Source of the DNA: Priapulus caudatus
Taxonomy: Eukaryota
DNA length: 41,786 nt
Direction: 5' to 3'
Assembly: GCF_000485595.1 (NCBI RefSeq)
Contig: NW_014577073.1
Coordinates: 174,729 to 216,514 of the forward strand
Below the pieces are notes generated by a model. The model was not told the origin of the DNA. It searched no databases and saw only the letters and a program-made list of their open reading frames with translations. Positions 29,501 through 41,732 of the stretch are shown one piece after another (positions within the stretch are counted from its first letter, which is position 1; every line of letters starts with the position of its first letter). The position numbers were made by a program, and so were the translations under genes.

Positions 29501-32500
29501 TCAACTATCCATATATAATTTGTTAACCAATATCATGAATATGGCAATATGCAAAAACAATCAAGAAATGAGATATGGGAACTCAGTCATTGTAATGATA
29601 TAACATTTCGTAGCCTATGATTCCAAGTTTGTGCAACCCCTGCTCACCTTGCNNNNNNNNNNAAGAATTAAAAGTGTCACTTATTTTATTGTTACTCTGT
29701 TAATGACCAGCCTCATCTCAGGTATGTTGCCGTCAAGTTTCCAAAATAAATCATTCGTCATTTGACCATACCATGACCCCATATCTAAAAAATAACTCCA
29801 GAAAGATAGACTCCCTCCGCCACTCGAAACCCGACGAGCCATGGCCCTAAGAAAAGAGGTATTGCATGACACAGAGTTCCTAGGCATACTCGTAGATCAC
29901 AAATTGCTAAATTGACCAAAATCCAAATCGACGGCGGCGGCCATCTTTGAATTCCAAAGAAATGCTCAACGTTGGGCAGCAGGTAGCAAACCAAGCTAAA
30001 TCCAGGCTCATCATAACCTATATAGAACACATTCCATGAAAAAAGTTAGAGTAATGTAAGCATGTGCAGGGTCAACATTTTTGGCCACTGGACTAGCAAG
30101 CCGATTAACTTTTCAGGTTGTGTGTTTCAACAGTTATCTTAATATGCTTAAATGCCGACCGCTATAAAGTCCGTTACGTTGTCACAGTGACGTTAAACTT
30201 GTTAGTACCGGCCTTGCTCAATATCAGCTGACATGTCTTAAATAAATTGGTTAAAAATGCCTTACAAAACGTCAAAATACATTACTATATACTGTTAGTC
30301 AAGCGAGTAAATTTTTAAAGCTAGTCCATGTTTACCATAACAGATGAAGAAAGTTTATCACCCAATCGTACTAACAATAAATTGTTACCCATGTGGTTAA
30401 TTATGGGCATTATAAGGTTAATAGACTGTAATCTTCTACTTTGGTCAACAGTTACTTTAAATTGTTACAAAACTATACATCCACGTATATATAATATATT
30501 CGGAAATTTCGTAATTTTAACTGTAATCGCCCCATGGTCACGCAAATCAAATTGTTAGCCCTATGTTTAATCATCGCCACAACGACCATTAGTAAAACCC
30601 GTAGTCTTGTATTCTTTCAGCGAGTTAACTATAAATTCTTGACGCATAATTCCATACATCACATCCTATAATGTTTTGAAGCCCTGAATTAAATCATGCT
30701 AACATCGTAACAATAAATTATTAAATAGTGGTATTCTAAAGTAATTCTAACTGGCCAGTTTATCATATTATATATGCGCTACCTCCCAAAAAAAATTTAC
30801 CAATTCAAATATATGGCAATTGATGACGCTCACAGAAAAAGTTAGCAACCCATTTTGCAAGGTATATCATTGTTTCATCTGTCAGTTTAAAATATGTTTT
30901 CTTCGCACAACCTCATGGGTGTACGCCGTGCAAGTTAGTCCTCTTAGTGCTTTTTGAATGAACACAGCATGCGCAATTTTAGCTTCGAGGTGTCCCATTT
31001 CAATTGAAAAACACGCACGAGAACGTGCCCCAAACCTGCTATCACAGTGGCGGTGAATTACAAGTCACATTTCTGCATGACCGCACAATACGCAGGAGGA
31101 ATCAGTTCGATGTTACGAATAGCGACATAATGCGCATACTGGTCTCGCACAAACATCGTCATCTCATTTCTTCATGCAATATGTGTGCCGATCTCTCTGA
31201 TGTTCACTATATGCAAAGTGTTACATAGGACAGAGCGTCATGGGGCCGCTGTACAAATTCTAGGTGAAAACCGCGTAAGACCAACAAATGTGGAACGGCA
31301 CGCGCCGAATCAAAAGCTTTGCTCTCGCCCCTTCCCCCCATCTGTCTGACCGTCGGCCCACGTCTAAGTCGACGAAGATCATGCCCCACGTCCAAATCGT
31401 CTGCCTTCTGTGTCCCCCCCTAAAATTCCGGACTGTTCCGCTGGCAGCTCATGGAGCCGGTGCGGCCGACCTATTGCGATTTTGAGCGCACGTCGCATAG
31501 CTGCCACGCGCTGCATACTGTCGTAGGACGTTCCCGCGTCGCGGTGCGCTTTTGCTGCGGATACTGCGCGCAATGATCCGCGTCGCACCGTTAGGATGAA
31601 CATCTTCCTTTCGGCAACACTTCTCTGTATTCTCCGTGCTCATCTGGTTGAGTTCTTAAAACTGTTGCATGTTTTTTTCTGTGCGAGGCCGAAGAATCGG
31701 AAAGTTCAAAAACGTTTAGGCTGCACACCCAAACTGTCAGTGATACGTACTTAGAATTAATTGTTTATTCTATAGAATGTCTATATAGAAATCGATAGAT
31801 ATTAGAAATACAATCTAGTAATTTACAGTTTCTACTTCATTTCATTTCATTATCTTCAGTAATAAGTTTAATAAAGTAAAGATTCTCCAATATTTGTTCG
31901 CGGTGAACACTCAACACGCATGCAATGTTCCTGTAAACAACTCAGACACCCCAATGTACGTTCCGAGTAAACACTCAAATCACGCATGTAGTGTTTATGG
32001 TGAACACTCAGACACACATGTACGTGCGGTGATCACTCCAGACCAAGCCCGACGTACGTCGGTAACACACACACACCTGTACGGTTTCCGGTGAACCACT
32101 CCTGAACACAGATTACGCCTTCTGGTGAATCACTCCAGACACACATGTATGTTTCCTGGACACTTAGACACACACGTATCGTTCCGGTGAGCACTCAGAC
32201 AGCACACTGTACGTTCCGGTGAACAACTCCAGACACACATTGTACCTTCCGGTGAACACTCAGACACACTATGTAGTTCCGGTGAACCACTCTGACAACA
32301 CACGTACGTTCCGGTTAACACTCGACACCCAACGTACCGGTTCCGTGGTTGAACAGCTCTGACAGCTGCAGCACGTACTTCCGCGTGAACACTCCAGACA
32401 ACACACGTACGTTCCCGGTGAAGGTATACACCAGACACAGCTTACCCTTTTTTATCTCTCTCTCTTTCTCGCTCTCTTCTCCCTCTCTCTCTCTCTCTCT

Positions 32501-35500
32501 CTCTGCTCTCATGAGTACCCTAGGTAGACCAACTTGCGAACGTCCCGAGAAGCAGCCCGCCCTCTCTCCTCTCTCGGCCGACTCGGCTCGGCTCATTCCT
32601 TCTCTCTCTCGTCTCTCTCGCGCGGGCCCGGGGCTCCTCTCTCTCCGGCCTCTCATCCTCTCTCTCTCTCAGCTCTCCTCCTCGCTTACTTGTTTCGTCC
32701 GTCCTCTCTCCCTCCTCTCTCTTCTCCACTCTCAATCTCTCTCTCCTCTCTCTCTCTCTATCGTCGTCTCTCCATCCTCTCTCCTCTCTCTCTCTCTCCG
32801 CTCGGTCTCCGATCCTCCGCTCTCTCCTCTCGCTCTCTCTCTCTCTCTCGCCTCCTCGTGTTTCTCTCTCCCCACTCGCTCGTCATCATCTTCTCTCTCG
32901 CATCTCTCCACCTCGGGGTAATGCCACACATCTCTCCTCTCTCTCTTTTCTCCTCCTCATTGGCCCTCACATCTCCCTTGCGACCTCGCCGTCTCGTCTT
33001 CTCTCTCATCTCTCACTCTGTCTTCTGCTCGTCTCATAGTCTCGCTCTCTCTCGTCGTCTCGCAGGTCCGGCTGCTCGGACTCCCTCTCGCTCCACTCCG
33101 ACATCGTCTCCTCGCATCGCTTCTCTTGTGTCCGTTTTCTCTCTCTCTCTCTCTCTCTCTCTATCGGCGAGGCCGGGCGGACCGCTGCGGCTAAGCGCCG
33201 CGGCCCACGGAGGGCTGGTCGGTTCTCCCAATGCGCCCTCCCGCGGACTGTGGGCCGCGCTCGGCCCGCCGCGCGCTCCTGCGCCTCTCTTCCTCCCTCC
33301 AGCTCCCCTCTCTCGCTCGCTCATTCATCCTCTCTCCCGCCTCTCTCCCTCATACGTCCGTCGTCTCTCTCTCTTTCTCTCTCTCCTGTCTCTCTCTCTC
33401 TCCTCCTCGTTGTTTCCCTCTCTCCCGCTGCCTCGTCTCTCTCTCTCCTCGCTCTCGCTCTCTATTCTCGTCGCTCGCTCTCTTTCTCTCCGCTCCTCGC
33501 CTCCAGCTCTCTCTCGTTTCTCCCCTCTCTTTTTCCTCTCCCTCTCCTCCGTCCCTCTCCTCCACTGCTGCCTATTGCCCTGCCTCTCTCTCGCTCTCAG
33601 CTCTCGGAGAGCGCAGTTACATGAATTATTATTCAATCGGGAAATACGGCGCTTTGTGGAAGTTTTCATGTCGGCGTGCATGCGTTACTCCACAAACACG
33701 GCCTACACGACGGGACAGAGCCCGCAGACAAGCCAGAAAAAGCGCAACGCAGCCACCCCCGCCATCCCAACCCATGCACCACCTACCCACCAAACACAGA
33801 TAATTATTGCCGACCATTAAACATGGATGATGTGCCGGAATTCATGAACTTATAATCACACAGATGCCTGGGCACAGACACACCAAGCACACACACGCAC
33901 ACACACACACAGGTGCTGACACACACACACCACACGCTTGACAGCCACCGCGGCACACACACACAACGACACACACACACGCACGCCGCACACACCACAC
34001 ACACAGCACCATGAATATATAGTATATATATATATATATATATAGATATTATATATATCAAGAGTACAGTAATAGATAATTATTAATTGATAGAATAGGT
34101 CCCTCTATTATGTATTCTTGATATATATATATGGCGCGTTCAGATCGCCACACGCAACATCTGTGGGGGCAATCTGTTGACGTGAGGCTGAGCCGGCCAC
34201 ACTGTCATCACCAAACCAGAGGTCGCTGTCAAAGCTGGCGTCCGCCTGTTCGAGCTAACCAACGCGGCGCCCCTTACCAGCACACCCAACGTGTATAACG
34301 GTATACGCCTCGCTCGGTCTGCACCCTAGATTGTCTATCAATTTCATCTCGCTGCCAGGAATTGGAATTGCGCGACGTCGCGACACTCCTGGCGGTGCTA
34401 GCGACGTTTCGCTTTAGAAAGATTTCGATCAGCGGACGCTGATTGGACAGCTCTTGGCTCTAGAACCACTTCGCGGTGGCCGAATCGCGTGATTGGAACG
34501 CGCGTGCAATGCGGGGCGGTGCCTACTGTTAAGACGCCCCCAGTATCATACGCTCCTGTGACGCTACTACTACATACCTGTCACGTGCCGTGTTACACCG
34601 TACTGCCAGCGGCTTAACACGGGCTTGTCTCTCGCATCTGTAGCAACAGTAGCAACAGATCGGCGACAGATGCAACAGTAGCAACAGATAGCACAAGATG
34701 GCAGACAGTAGCAACAGATGCAACAGACTGCAACAGATGAGAGCAGCAACAGCAGCAGCAACAGTAGCAACAGATACTCAACAGATGCAAAACAGTAGCA
34801 AACTATGCACAAACGAAACCCGGTTGCGTTCACGCTACGGAACCCAGACGATGTTAGAACGTCGCATCTCTGACAGTAGTAGCTCGGTAATGGAGGTGCT
34901 GCTGGTGGATTATACATGCAAACTTGCTATGACGCGTAAAGCGAGAAACTCAACGGTTTGAAAACCACAACGTGAATCAGTCGCTCCTATAGGCTATCAC
35001 AAACGAAACCGCGCTTGGCGTTCAACACTACGCACACAGCATTCGACAGTAGTCCATGGTGATGGCTGGTGGTGTGGTGCTGGTGGTGTGGTGCAGGCTT
35101 CACATATACGGATCCAGCGTTGTTGCGGCTAACCGTTACTGCTGTTAGCAGGGAATCGCTAGCGTCGTGGCAAACCGCGTGTAATGTTGGCCATCCAGTA
35201 GATACCGCTGCGCTGCATGAACTACGGTTACTAACATACTCGCCTCGCTCGCCGCGTTGCGAGCTGCCTCTACGGTATACAGTCCATCTCGCCGAGGGCG
35301 ACATCTGTGGGCGCCGGGCTACCCCGACGCGCATGCGTATCGAATGCTCGCTCTTGGAAGGCCTTCCTGACTCGAACTGGACGTCCTACCTGTCGTCGTG
35401 CAGCTTTCTTTCATCTTGTTCGTCCGTTGGCCATGGCAGAAATACGTGCGCCAATCCTGCCTCCGAATGGCCTACGGCCACGTCTGCTGCGGCGCCGCCG

Positions 35501-37353
35501 TCTGGCCGGCGGGCGTCGCGGCGACGTGGCTGGCTCGCGGGCATCGCCGGCGTCGTCGTCTCGTCGGCAGCGCGCCCTGCGTGCTGTTCCCCATGGAACC
35601 GGCGGCGGCCACGCAGGAGATGACGCGGTCGCCATCTCGCCATTCGGCGTGGCGCTGTTCGTTGACTCTACCTACCTTAAGATATGGAAAGCGCGGCCGG
35701 CGGCAGTCCCGCCAGGTGGCAGCACAAGCGCACCCCGGCGATGCAAGTGACGGCTCCGGGCAGGAGAAATCGCAACACACGCCCAACCGCGCCACACCAA
35801 CGACCCCACAGGCAGCACACGCAACAGCAAGGCGGTGGTGACGATCGAGCTTGATATTGCTACTGCTTCGCGCTGTCGTGGGCCGATATTTCTCGTCGTT
35901 TGATCATCAACTCGCTGTGGGCGGACGCGGCTGCGTAGCCGCACCTGCGCGTGTGGGCGCGTGACATGGCGGCCATTCTACGCTAACTCTGCCTAGCAAC
36001 CCGATCGTCTACGCGCTGAGAATAACAAGGTCCGTAACGCCTACCGCTTGATTCTCTAAGGGAGCGTCGCGCTCGACGAGCAGAAGTCTCGGACTGAGTG
36101 GCAGCAGCAGCAGCAGCAGCAAGCAACAGCAGCAACACACACAGCAACCAGCAGCACAGTAGGCAAGCAGCACAGCAGCAGCAACCAGCGTAGCAGCAAG
36201 CACGCAGCAGCAGGCAGCAGCAGCAGCAGCATGGCAGTATAAGTAGTAATATTAGTAGTAAGTAGTATAGTAGTAGTCAGAGTAGTAGTAAGTAGTAGTA
36301 GTAGTAGTACGTAGTAGTAGTAGTAGTAGTAGACTTTAGTGATGGATATCGGGCTGAAATTTCATAATCGATTAATTGGTTTCCGCTTACCGATCGAATA
36401 ATGCGATTATAATCGGATAATCGGTTTAATAAATAGGGCATAGATGTTAATGATTAAATCTTACTTTGTATAATACAATTCTACCATAGTATTCATATTA
36501 TCATGTTTATGATCATGTAGTAACTGCTGTGAAAGTTTTGCTGTAATGTATAATTCATGTCCTGTTCCTATACCAGTATTGAATCAATTTAAAAAGACAA
36601 ATGGTTTAAAATGCCTTTCATTAAAACACTTAAAAGTTTTAAACAAACATGATCAAGCACTTGTTCTTGGTAATTAAGGAAGTAAGTGTTTGTGTCTCTG
36701 AATAGTGTACGGCTGTGTAGCCGAGTGCCTGCTGTTGTTAAGCCAAACTGTGAGGATCTTGAAGCAAACTTTGGCTGCTTCAGCGCTAATCCGTGCAGAG
36801 TTGTGGAGCAACCCAATACTTGATTGTGCAAAACTACGTATCGGGCAAGTCAGCCAGCGGCGTAGACTGTGATTGGAAGACACAGTGTCAATCCTCGGCG
36901 AGCCTCGGCATCATGGCCGCATCACGTCAAGAAATAAGATATATGGGAACTCAGTCATTGTAATGATATAACATTTCGTAGCCTATGATTCCAAGTTTGT
37001 GCAACCCCTGCTCACCTTGCCCAAACTAGGTTTTGCACAATCTCAAGATTGGTTGCCCAAACTGCGGATGCGCTGAAATGCCAAGTGTGTGCAAGATTCC
37101 AAGTTTGGGTACAACGACATCATCATCATGCATGGCTAAGCCTAGGCCAGGGCCCACTGCGCTGCGCGTAGTCCAAGGCGGTGGGTTAAGGCTGTTTACA
37201 TGGTTTCAGAATTATCACAAACACGCTGCGAGTAATGTATGTCACGTTTAAACTAAATGCAGAGTTACGTACCGAAAATCCACCCAAAACGATTAAGTAC
37301 TTGCCAAGAAATGTCGACATGTGCCCAGAACGACCTAGCGGTTGGGCATCCAT
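23506..37353 (-). CDS. KLHDC2: Kelch domain-containing protein 2/1-like (CRL C-degron receptor), 9 exons: 37273-37353, 27107-27192, 26418-26648, 25912-26014, 25667-25747, 25089-25228, 24808-24920, 24267-24427, 23506-23715; ~401 aa
   Basis: Six kelch blades (GRSGH..LGGF, SGACA..IYGG, PRDKF..FFGGFG..RGWNN, PSPRAAHA..MFGGR, GRTWHSF..LYGG, PRLWHTAC..VFGGC) and a BC-box-like PPSLVRICIKLAI. GT-AG phases are consistent. Probably a co-ortholog of KLHDC1 and KLHDC2. Confidence 0.9.
23900..24185 (+). mobile_element. HINE/Helentron-like element, 3' part; 5' boundary uncertain
   Basis: CTGG/CTCG and ACACACTA microsatellites, then hairpin ACCTCCTCCAAC-TCC-GTTGGGCGGAGGT (24153-24180). Confidence 0.55.
26791..26985 (+). 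mobile_element. Short HINE/Helentron-like element
   Basis: Starts AACTAG. 5' sub-TIR TGTATCCCCCG (26821-26831) is complementary to the 3' CGGGGGATACA. Has (GCG)n and a 3' hairpin GTATCCCCG...CGGGGGATAC. Confidence 0.7.
27431..27488. mobile_element. 58-bp palindromic micro-MITE
   Basis: CAGGAGTCTATCAATAG...CTATTGATAAGACTCCTG, flanked by CCATCAT at 27424-27430 and 27489-27495. Confidence 0.8.
27736..27917. repeat. 91-bp perfect tandem duplication covering a MITE left junction
   Basis: 27736-27826 equals 27827-27917. Confidence 0.9.
27865..28210. mobile_element. 346-bp MITE with 10-bp TSD (Mutator-like)
   Basis: ~75-bp TIRs starting TAGCTCTAGTACTATAG. TSD CCACTTTCCC at 27855-27864 and 28211-28220. 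A related TIR is at ~11466-11518. Confidence 0.88.
31900..32440. repeat. Degenerate ~30-bp minisatellite
   Basis: Recurrent GGTGAACACTCAGACACACATGTACGTTCC-like unit with many indels. Confidence 0.85.
32450..33600. repeat. Long noisy (CT)n tract with a central GC-rich block
   Basis: Polypyrimidine CT repeats. It generates the S/L-rich and R/E-rich ORFs. Confidence 0.9.
33875..34060. repeat. (CA)n followed by (TA)n microsatellites
   Basis: Direct inspection. Confidence 0.9.
34640..34802. repeat. AGCAACAG(A)T-type short tandem repeat
   Basis: Direct inspection. Confidence 0.85.
36100..36332. repeat. (CAG)n then (TAG)n microsatellites
   Basis: Direct inspection. Confidence 0.9.
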
Positions 37354-39487
37354 GTTTTGATTTTGCTACGCGGTTTTCCTCCCGCAGGACGTCGCCACTG
37401 TGCTGTAATAGTCCACTGATACTAGGACCCTAACTGACCTAACTGATATTGCTGATATACCATATCCTTAGATATATAGAATATCCCTAGATATATTCCT
37501 TAGGTATAGAAGAAGATCTTCTATGCTGATACCAAGGCCTAAGTGATAATATATAGGTCTATAGGCCTTGACTGATACTAACGTTAGTAACGGTTTAATG
37601 AAGCTCTGGGCTTTTTGTAGCAGTTTTGAGGTGAAAAATCAAGCCTCGGTATGCCTTAAACACTAAATAACAGTAATAAACACGCTTGTAGAGCACTTCT
37701 GATCCATATCCAAACTTCTAATTGTACTGTACTCTAATTGTACTAATTCTAATAAAACTTCTTCTTACTGTAGCGCGCTATAGTGTTGTAAATAAAAGCT
37801 ATATCCACGGAAATTGCTGTTTCGCGGAAAAATAAAGGGGAAAATCGTAGTGGCGGAAATGGAATAAGAAAGCAGAAATTTTCCGCCCAAATCGGAAGGG
37901 TTGGGAGGTTTGCCACTCGATAAGAATACTTCAAATTACATAGACTAGGATTAAACCCCAAAGATTGAAAGGCAATATTTTGGGCATATGGAGTAAAATT
38001 AATTTTGTCATTGCTCCTGTGAACTGTGTACCTTTCTTTGTACAGGAGCTGACTGTGGGCAAAGGCTTTGACTCGAGGGGGGGGGGGGTAAATGCCCCAC
38101 ATGCCCCCCTGGTGCCGCCACTGCCTGCATGGCTCAGCAATGTGACTTTCCAGGCGCTTCGTTGGTGAAATAGGTGAAATATGCTTCCCTGAAGAAATAG
38201 CGAAATCAAAGAAAAGAACGTAACAATTACAGTCATAACTCCAATCTTCGTTGCAGACCCTACAAAGACTCGTGCATAGCAGAAGATCGATCGATCGTGC
38301 AGGAGAAATCACGTACGAAATACGTACGTACGTACGTAGCTTAAAAACACGCAAATTTAAGTATAAACAGCTTTGCGTGCGCGCAATTTTCGCTTCAGTA
38401 TATTTTCACGTCCGTTCGTTCATTTACTTGCTCGTTCGTTGGTTTTTTTGGCTTCACGAAGGAAGGAAGGATAGACGGAAGAGATGGACGAAGAGAGGGA
38501 GGATGGTAGAAGGGAAAAAAGAAAAATTATTTGTAATCAATGTTGATTTTGCTTGCGCAATCGTTTCTGTGTTCCCTTCGCAGCATATTTCAATTATAGT
38601 GTCATTGGGGGTCTGAAATGAGTGCATTACACGGGGCCGCAGGTAGCGGGGGCAAAGGCGATATAGTCCCCCCCCTCCCGGGCATTGGCAACGTCGACGG
38701 CGAACTGCCCACGGTCAACTCTTTTTTTGATCACATATAATTCCAACAAAAGGTGATTCGCGTTAGCAGATAGTATAGGCACGCATGCCGACACGGCCGA
38801 CTCTATAATTCACTGCAAGTAAGTTTGGAGAGTGAAAAGATTCTTATGCATTGTAATTATTGAAGTGATTAAATATCTACTTCTGAGTATGCATGTAATC
38901 AGATGTAATCACTACTAGTGTATAATGTCAATAAAAATGTGTAGGCCTATTCAGGGTCGTAGCTCACGGGGGGGGGGGCAGACAGAGCGGGCTGTTCCAC
39001 CCTCACGCATTAATTGGCAGCGGCAACGACGAATTGCCCACTGTCAGCTGTGTGGATTTGTCCCCATAGCCAAAATGAGTTACTTTGGCCACGGTCTTGC
39101 ATTACGTTGTCACATCGATTTGATTGACTTACCGGCATAATCAAAGTTAGTAGATAATTATAAACAAAGACAACTATAGGTGACTTGTTACACACGTTCG
39201 TCAATAATTTATTAAATTTAAATTAAGTAAAAAGCAACTAGATTGTAATTATTTACAAGTATTATATATGCAGCATAATGGCAATCTATGTGATAACACT
39301 TCAACAAAATCAACAAATGTGGCATCTGCAGGCATCATGTGGATATCTAATCTAGCATGTTACTGCTAGTTATGCAGCTAAGATTAATGCTATCTCATAG
39401 AAAGATAACATTGCTTAACTAATCACAGGTGAAATCCCAAAAAAGATTCCCGAATAAGATATATTTGGTCTAAACGTGCTCCACGAT

Positions 39488-40684
39488 TTAATGAACACGG
39501 CTGACGAGGCCGTATCCATGGTTGTTCTGACCGTATGCCAGGTTGTTGTGACCGTATCCAAGGTTGCTCTGAGCGTATCCAAGGTTATTGTGACCGTATC
39601 TAAGGTTGTTGTGACCGTATCCGAGGTTGTTGTGGCCATATCCAAGGTTGCTCTGAGCGTATCCAAGGTTATTGTGACCGTATCTAAGGTTGTTGTGACC
39701 ATATCCGAGGTTGTTGTGTCCGTATCCAAGAGTGTTACCGCCATAGCCGGCACCATGGGCCCCGTGGCTGATGGTGGCACCATAGCCAATGTTAGCGTGT
39801 CCGGCACCAGCTCCGTAACCTCCGTATCCTCCCTGACGGATAATTCTATGCCCATATGTTTGTTTGTATCCGATTATGGGTTGCTTGTACTGGAAGGCGT
39901 ACAGGGTTTTCGGCTGGTACCAGGAGTATCCGTCCCTAGAAATGGACCAAATTCACACAGTGAGAAAACGTGAGTCATCTGACTCTTGCACTTACTTTAT
40001 ACATGCGTCTNNNNNNNNNNNNNNNNNNNNNNNNNNNNNNNNNNNNNNNNNNNNNNNNNNNNNNNNNNNNNNNNNNNNNNNNNNNNNNNNNNNNNNNNNN
40101 NNNNNNNNNNNNNNNNNNNNNNNNNNNNNNNNNNNNNNNNNNNNNNNNNNNNNNNNNNNNNNNNNNNNNNNNNNNNNNNNNNNNNNNNNNNNNNNNNNNN
40201 NNNNNNNNNNNNNNNNNNNNNNNNNNNNNNNNNNNNNNNNNNNNNNNNNNNNNNNNNNNNNNNNNNNNNNNNNNNNNNNNNNNNNNNNNNNNNNNNNNNN
40301 NNNNNNNNNNNNNNNNNNNNNNNNNNNNNNNNNNNNNNNNNNNNNNNNNNNNNNNNNNNNNNNNNNNNNNNNNNNNNNNNNNNNNNNNNNNNNNNNNNNN
40401 NNNNNNNNNNNNNNNNNNNNNNNNNNNNNNNNNNNNNNNNNNNNNNNNNNNNNNNNNNNNNNNNNNNNNNNNNNNNNNNNNNNNNNNNNNNNNNNNNNNN
40501 NNNNNNNNNNNNNNNNNNNNNNNNNNNNNNNNNNNNNNNNNNNNNNNNNNNNNNNNNNNNNNNNNNNNNNNNNNNNNNNNNNNNNNNNNNNNNNNNNNNN
40601 NNNNNNNNNNNNNNNNNNNNNNNNNNNNNNNNNGCTGGCGCAGGCGGCGGCCACGAGCAGGCAGAAAACAGCGACGATCTTCAT
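39488..40684 (-). CDS. Secreted Gly/Tyr/His/Asn-rich repeat protein (GYGHNNL heptads); coding segments 40684-40634 (into gap) and 39935-39488
   Basis: ACCATG then MKIVAVFCLLVAAACAS, a signal peptide, after acceptor AAACAG at 40691. The last exon starts at TTTCTAG|39935 and reads DGYSWYQPKTLYAFQYKQPIIGYKQTYGHRIIRQGGYGGYGAGAGHANIGYGATISHGAHGAGYGGNTL(GYGHNNL-type x10)GYGLVSRVH*. Variation between repeats is largely synonymous in this frame. Joining across the gap is inferred. Confidence 0.8.
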
Positions 40685-41003
40685 GGTTACCTGTTTTATT
40701 GCAGTAAAAAAAAACAAAGCGTTATCGACGATGTCAAAACACCCGTAGCCCTCAAACGAATGAGCAAACCCACTGACGGCAAAAAATAAAGTTATACAGT
40801 GTTTTAAATAAGCAAACGTGTAAAATCTACGAAGGCTCTTTTACTCTTGCATCACTACTATAGAGTATAGTTTATAATGAATTGATTATTTAAGATATCA
40901 CGATCGTGTATGTTGAGTGCATAACGAGCGGCGCACTCAGAGACAGGAACGACAGCTATTTAACGCATGTACGTAACAAGCAAAATTGCAAAAACAGTCT
41001 TAC

Positions 41004-41093
41004 CAAACAGAACTCAGCCACTTATATCCGATGACTGCTCGCCGACTCACGTGGAGAAGTGATAGAAACAGGCAGAAAAGTAGTCCTTATATA
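41004..41093 (-). promoter_or_regulatory. TATA box, Inr and short 5' UTR exon of the GYGHNNL gene
   Basis: Minus-strand TATATAAGG from 41093, TCACTT initiator with A at 41060 (~31-33 nt downstream), and donor TTTG|GTAAGA at 41004/41003. Confidence 0.6.
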
Positions 41094-41723
41094 TGTCTGA
41101 GAAAAAGCGACCGAAGAAACGTTCACGGTCAATGCAGACCGAATTCTTTTATCCCAAAGGGGCGGTCGGCTGTCGTCATTCTCTCGCGGCGGGAAACTTG
41201 GCACGTTGCTATGACTTTATTGACACTTGTTTTTGTCTAAAGTGGATATCACGCAGACAGCAGCGAACAAAGCGAATGCATCTCTGTTTGTTGACCGTGT
41301 TCCGGATTTTCACTTTCTCTTTTCCCTAACGGCCCAGTGCGGACGAGAATAGCACCCTATATCACCTATATCGTGAAAGCGAGAGGAAGAGAAATCGTAA
41401 AAACAGATGTCCTTACTTGAAAACCCGGCATTGTCGTATGAATGTAAATTGTACCTGGCAATGTTCATTGCCCTACTTTCTATTTCCTATGTGTAGCTTC
41501 TAATCCTTTACTGCGAAGTAATGACCATCGCTTGTCTGTCTAGCTCTACACCGTGCTCCAGTATGCAAATTGAAGTGCTTTATATCCCGTGGCGTTGGTG
41601 CGCCAACTGCACCAAGGCTACGCGAAATACCATGCGATATAAAAATTAATGTAAAAAATACAATGTATTTAACATCGCAACACACGCGCCCGCGCGCGTA
41701 TGGTAACACCACGCGCGTGCGCA

Positions 41724-41732
41724 TGCACACGC

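Larger units (their letters stand above)
28903..37117. mobile_element. TIR element with internal ~210-bp tandem units, split by an N-gap and ~7.3 kb of other sequence
   Basis: Inverted ends GTACCCAAACTTGGAATTTGCACA (from 28909) and TGTGCAAGATTCCAAGTTTGGGTAC (to 37112). Unit marker CTATGATTCCAAGTTTGTGCAACCCCTGCTCACCTTGC at ~29191, 29399, 29615 and 36983. Confidence 0.7.

Noticed and set aside
32315..33820. Long S/L-rich and R/E-rich ORFs (up to 428 aa)
   Set aside because: Translations of a (CT)n tract that lacks stop codons; no domain or splice support.
34987..35944. Cluster of overlapping Arg/Ala/Pro-rich ORFs
   Set aside because: Expected from high GC content in noisy sequence; no recognisable motif.
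36337..36930. Possible hAT end (TAGTGATGG with ATCG subterminal motifs) and dimerisation-domain remnant
   Set aside because: Too degenerate and no partner TIR found, so not called.
37800..39050. G/C-run motifs resembling MITE ends (~37880-37912, 38076-38123, 38630-38720, 38950-39050)
   Set aside because: Probably TE fragments, but I could not establish paired TIRs or TSDs.
39415..39973. Thr/Asp-rich (-) and Val-rich (+) ORFs from the track
   Set aside because: Alternative frames of the GYGHNNL exon. Synonymous variation, the stop position and the upstream signal exon favour the Gly-Tyr frame.
39864..40789. 240-290 aa ORFs made mostly of X
   Set aside because: Artefacts of reading through the N-gap; only the minus-strand signal peptide part is credible.
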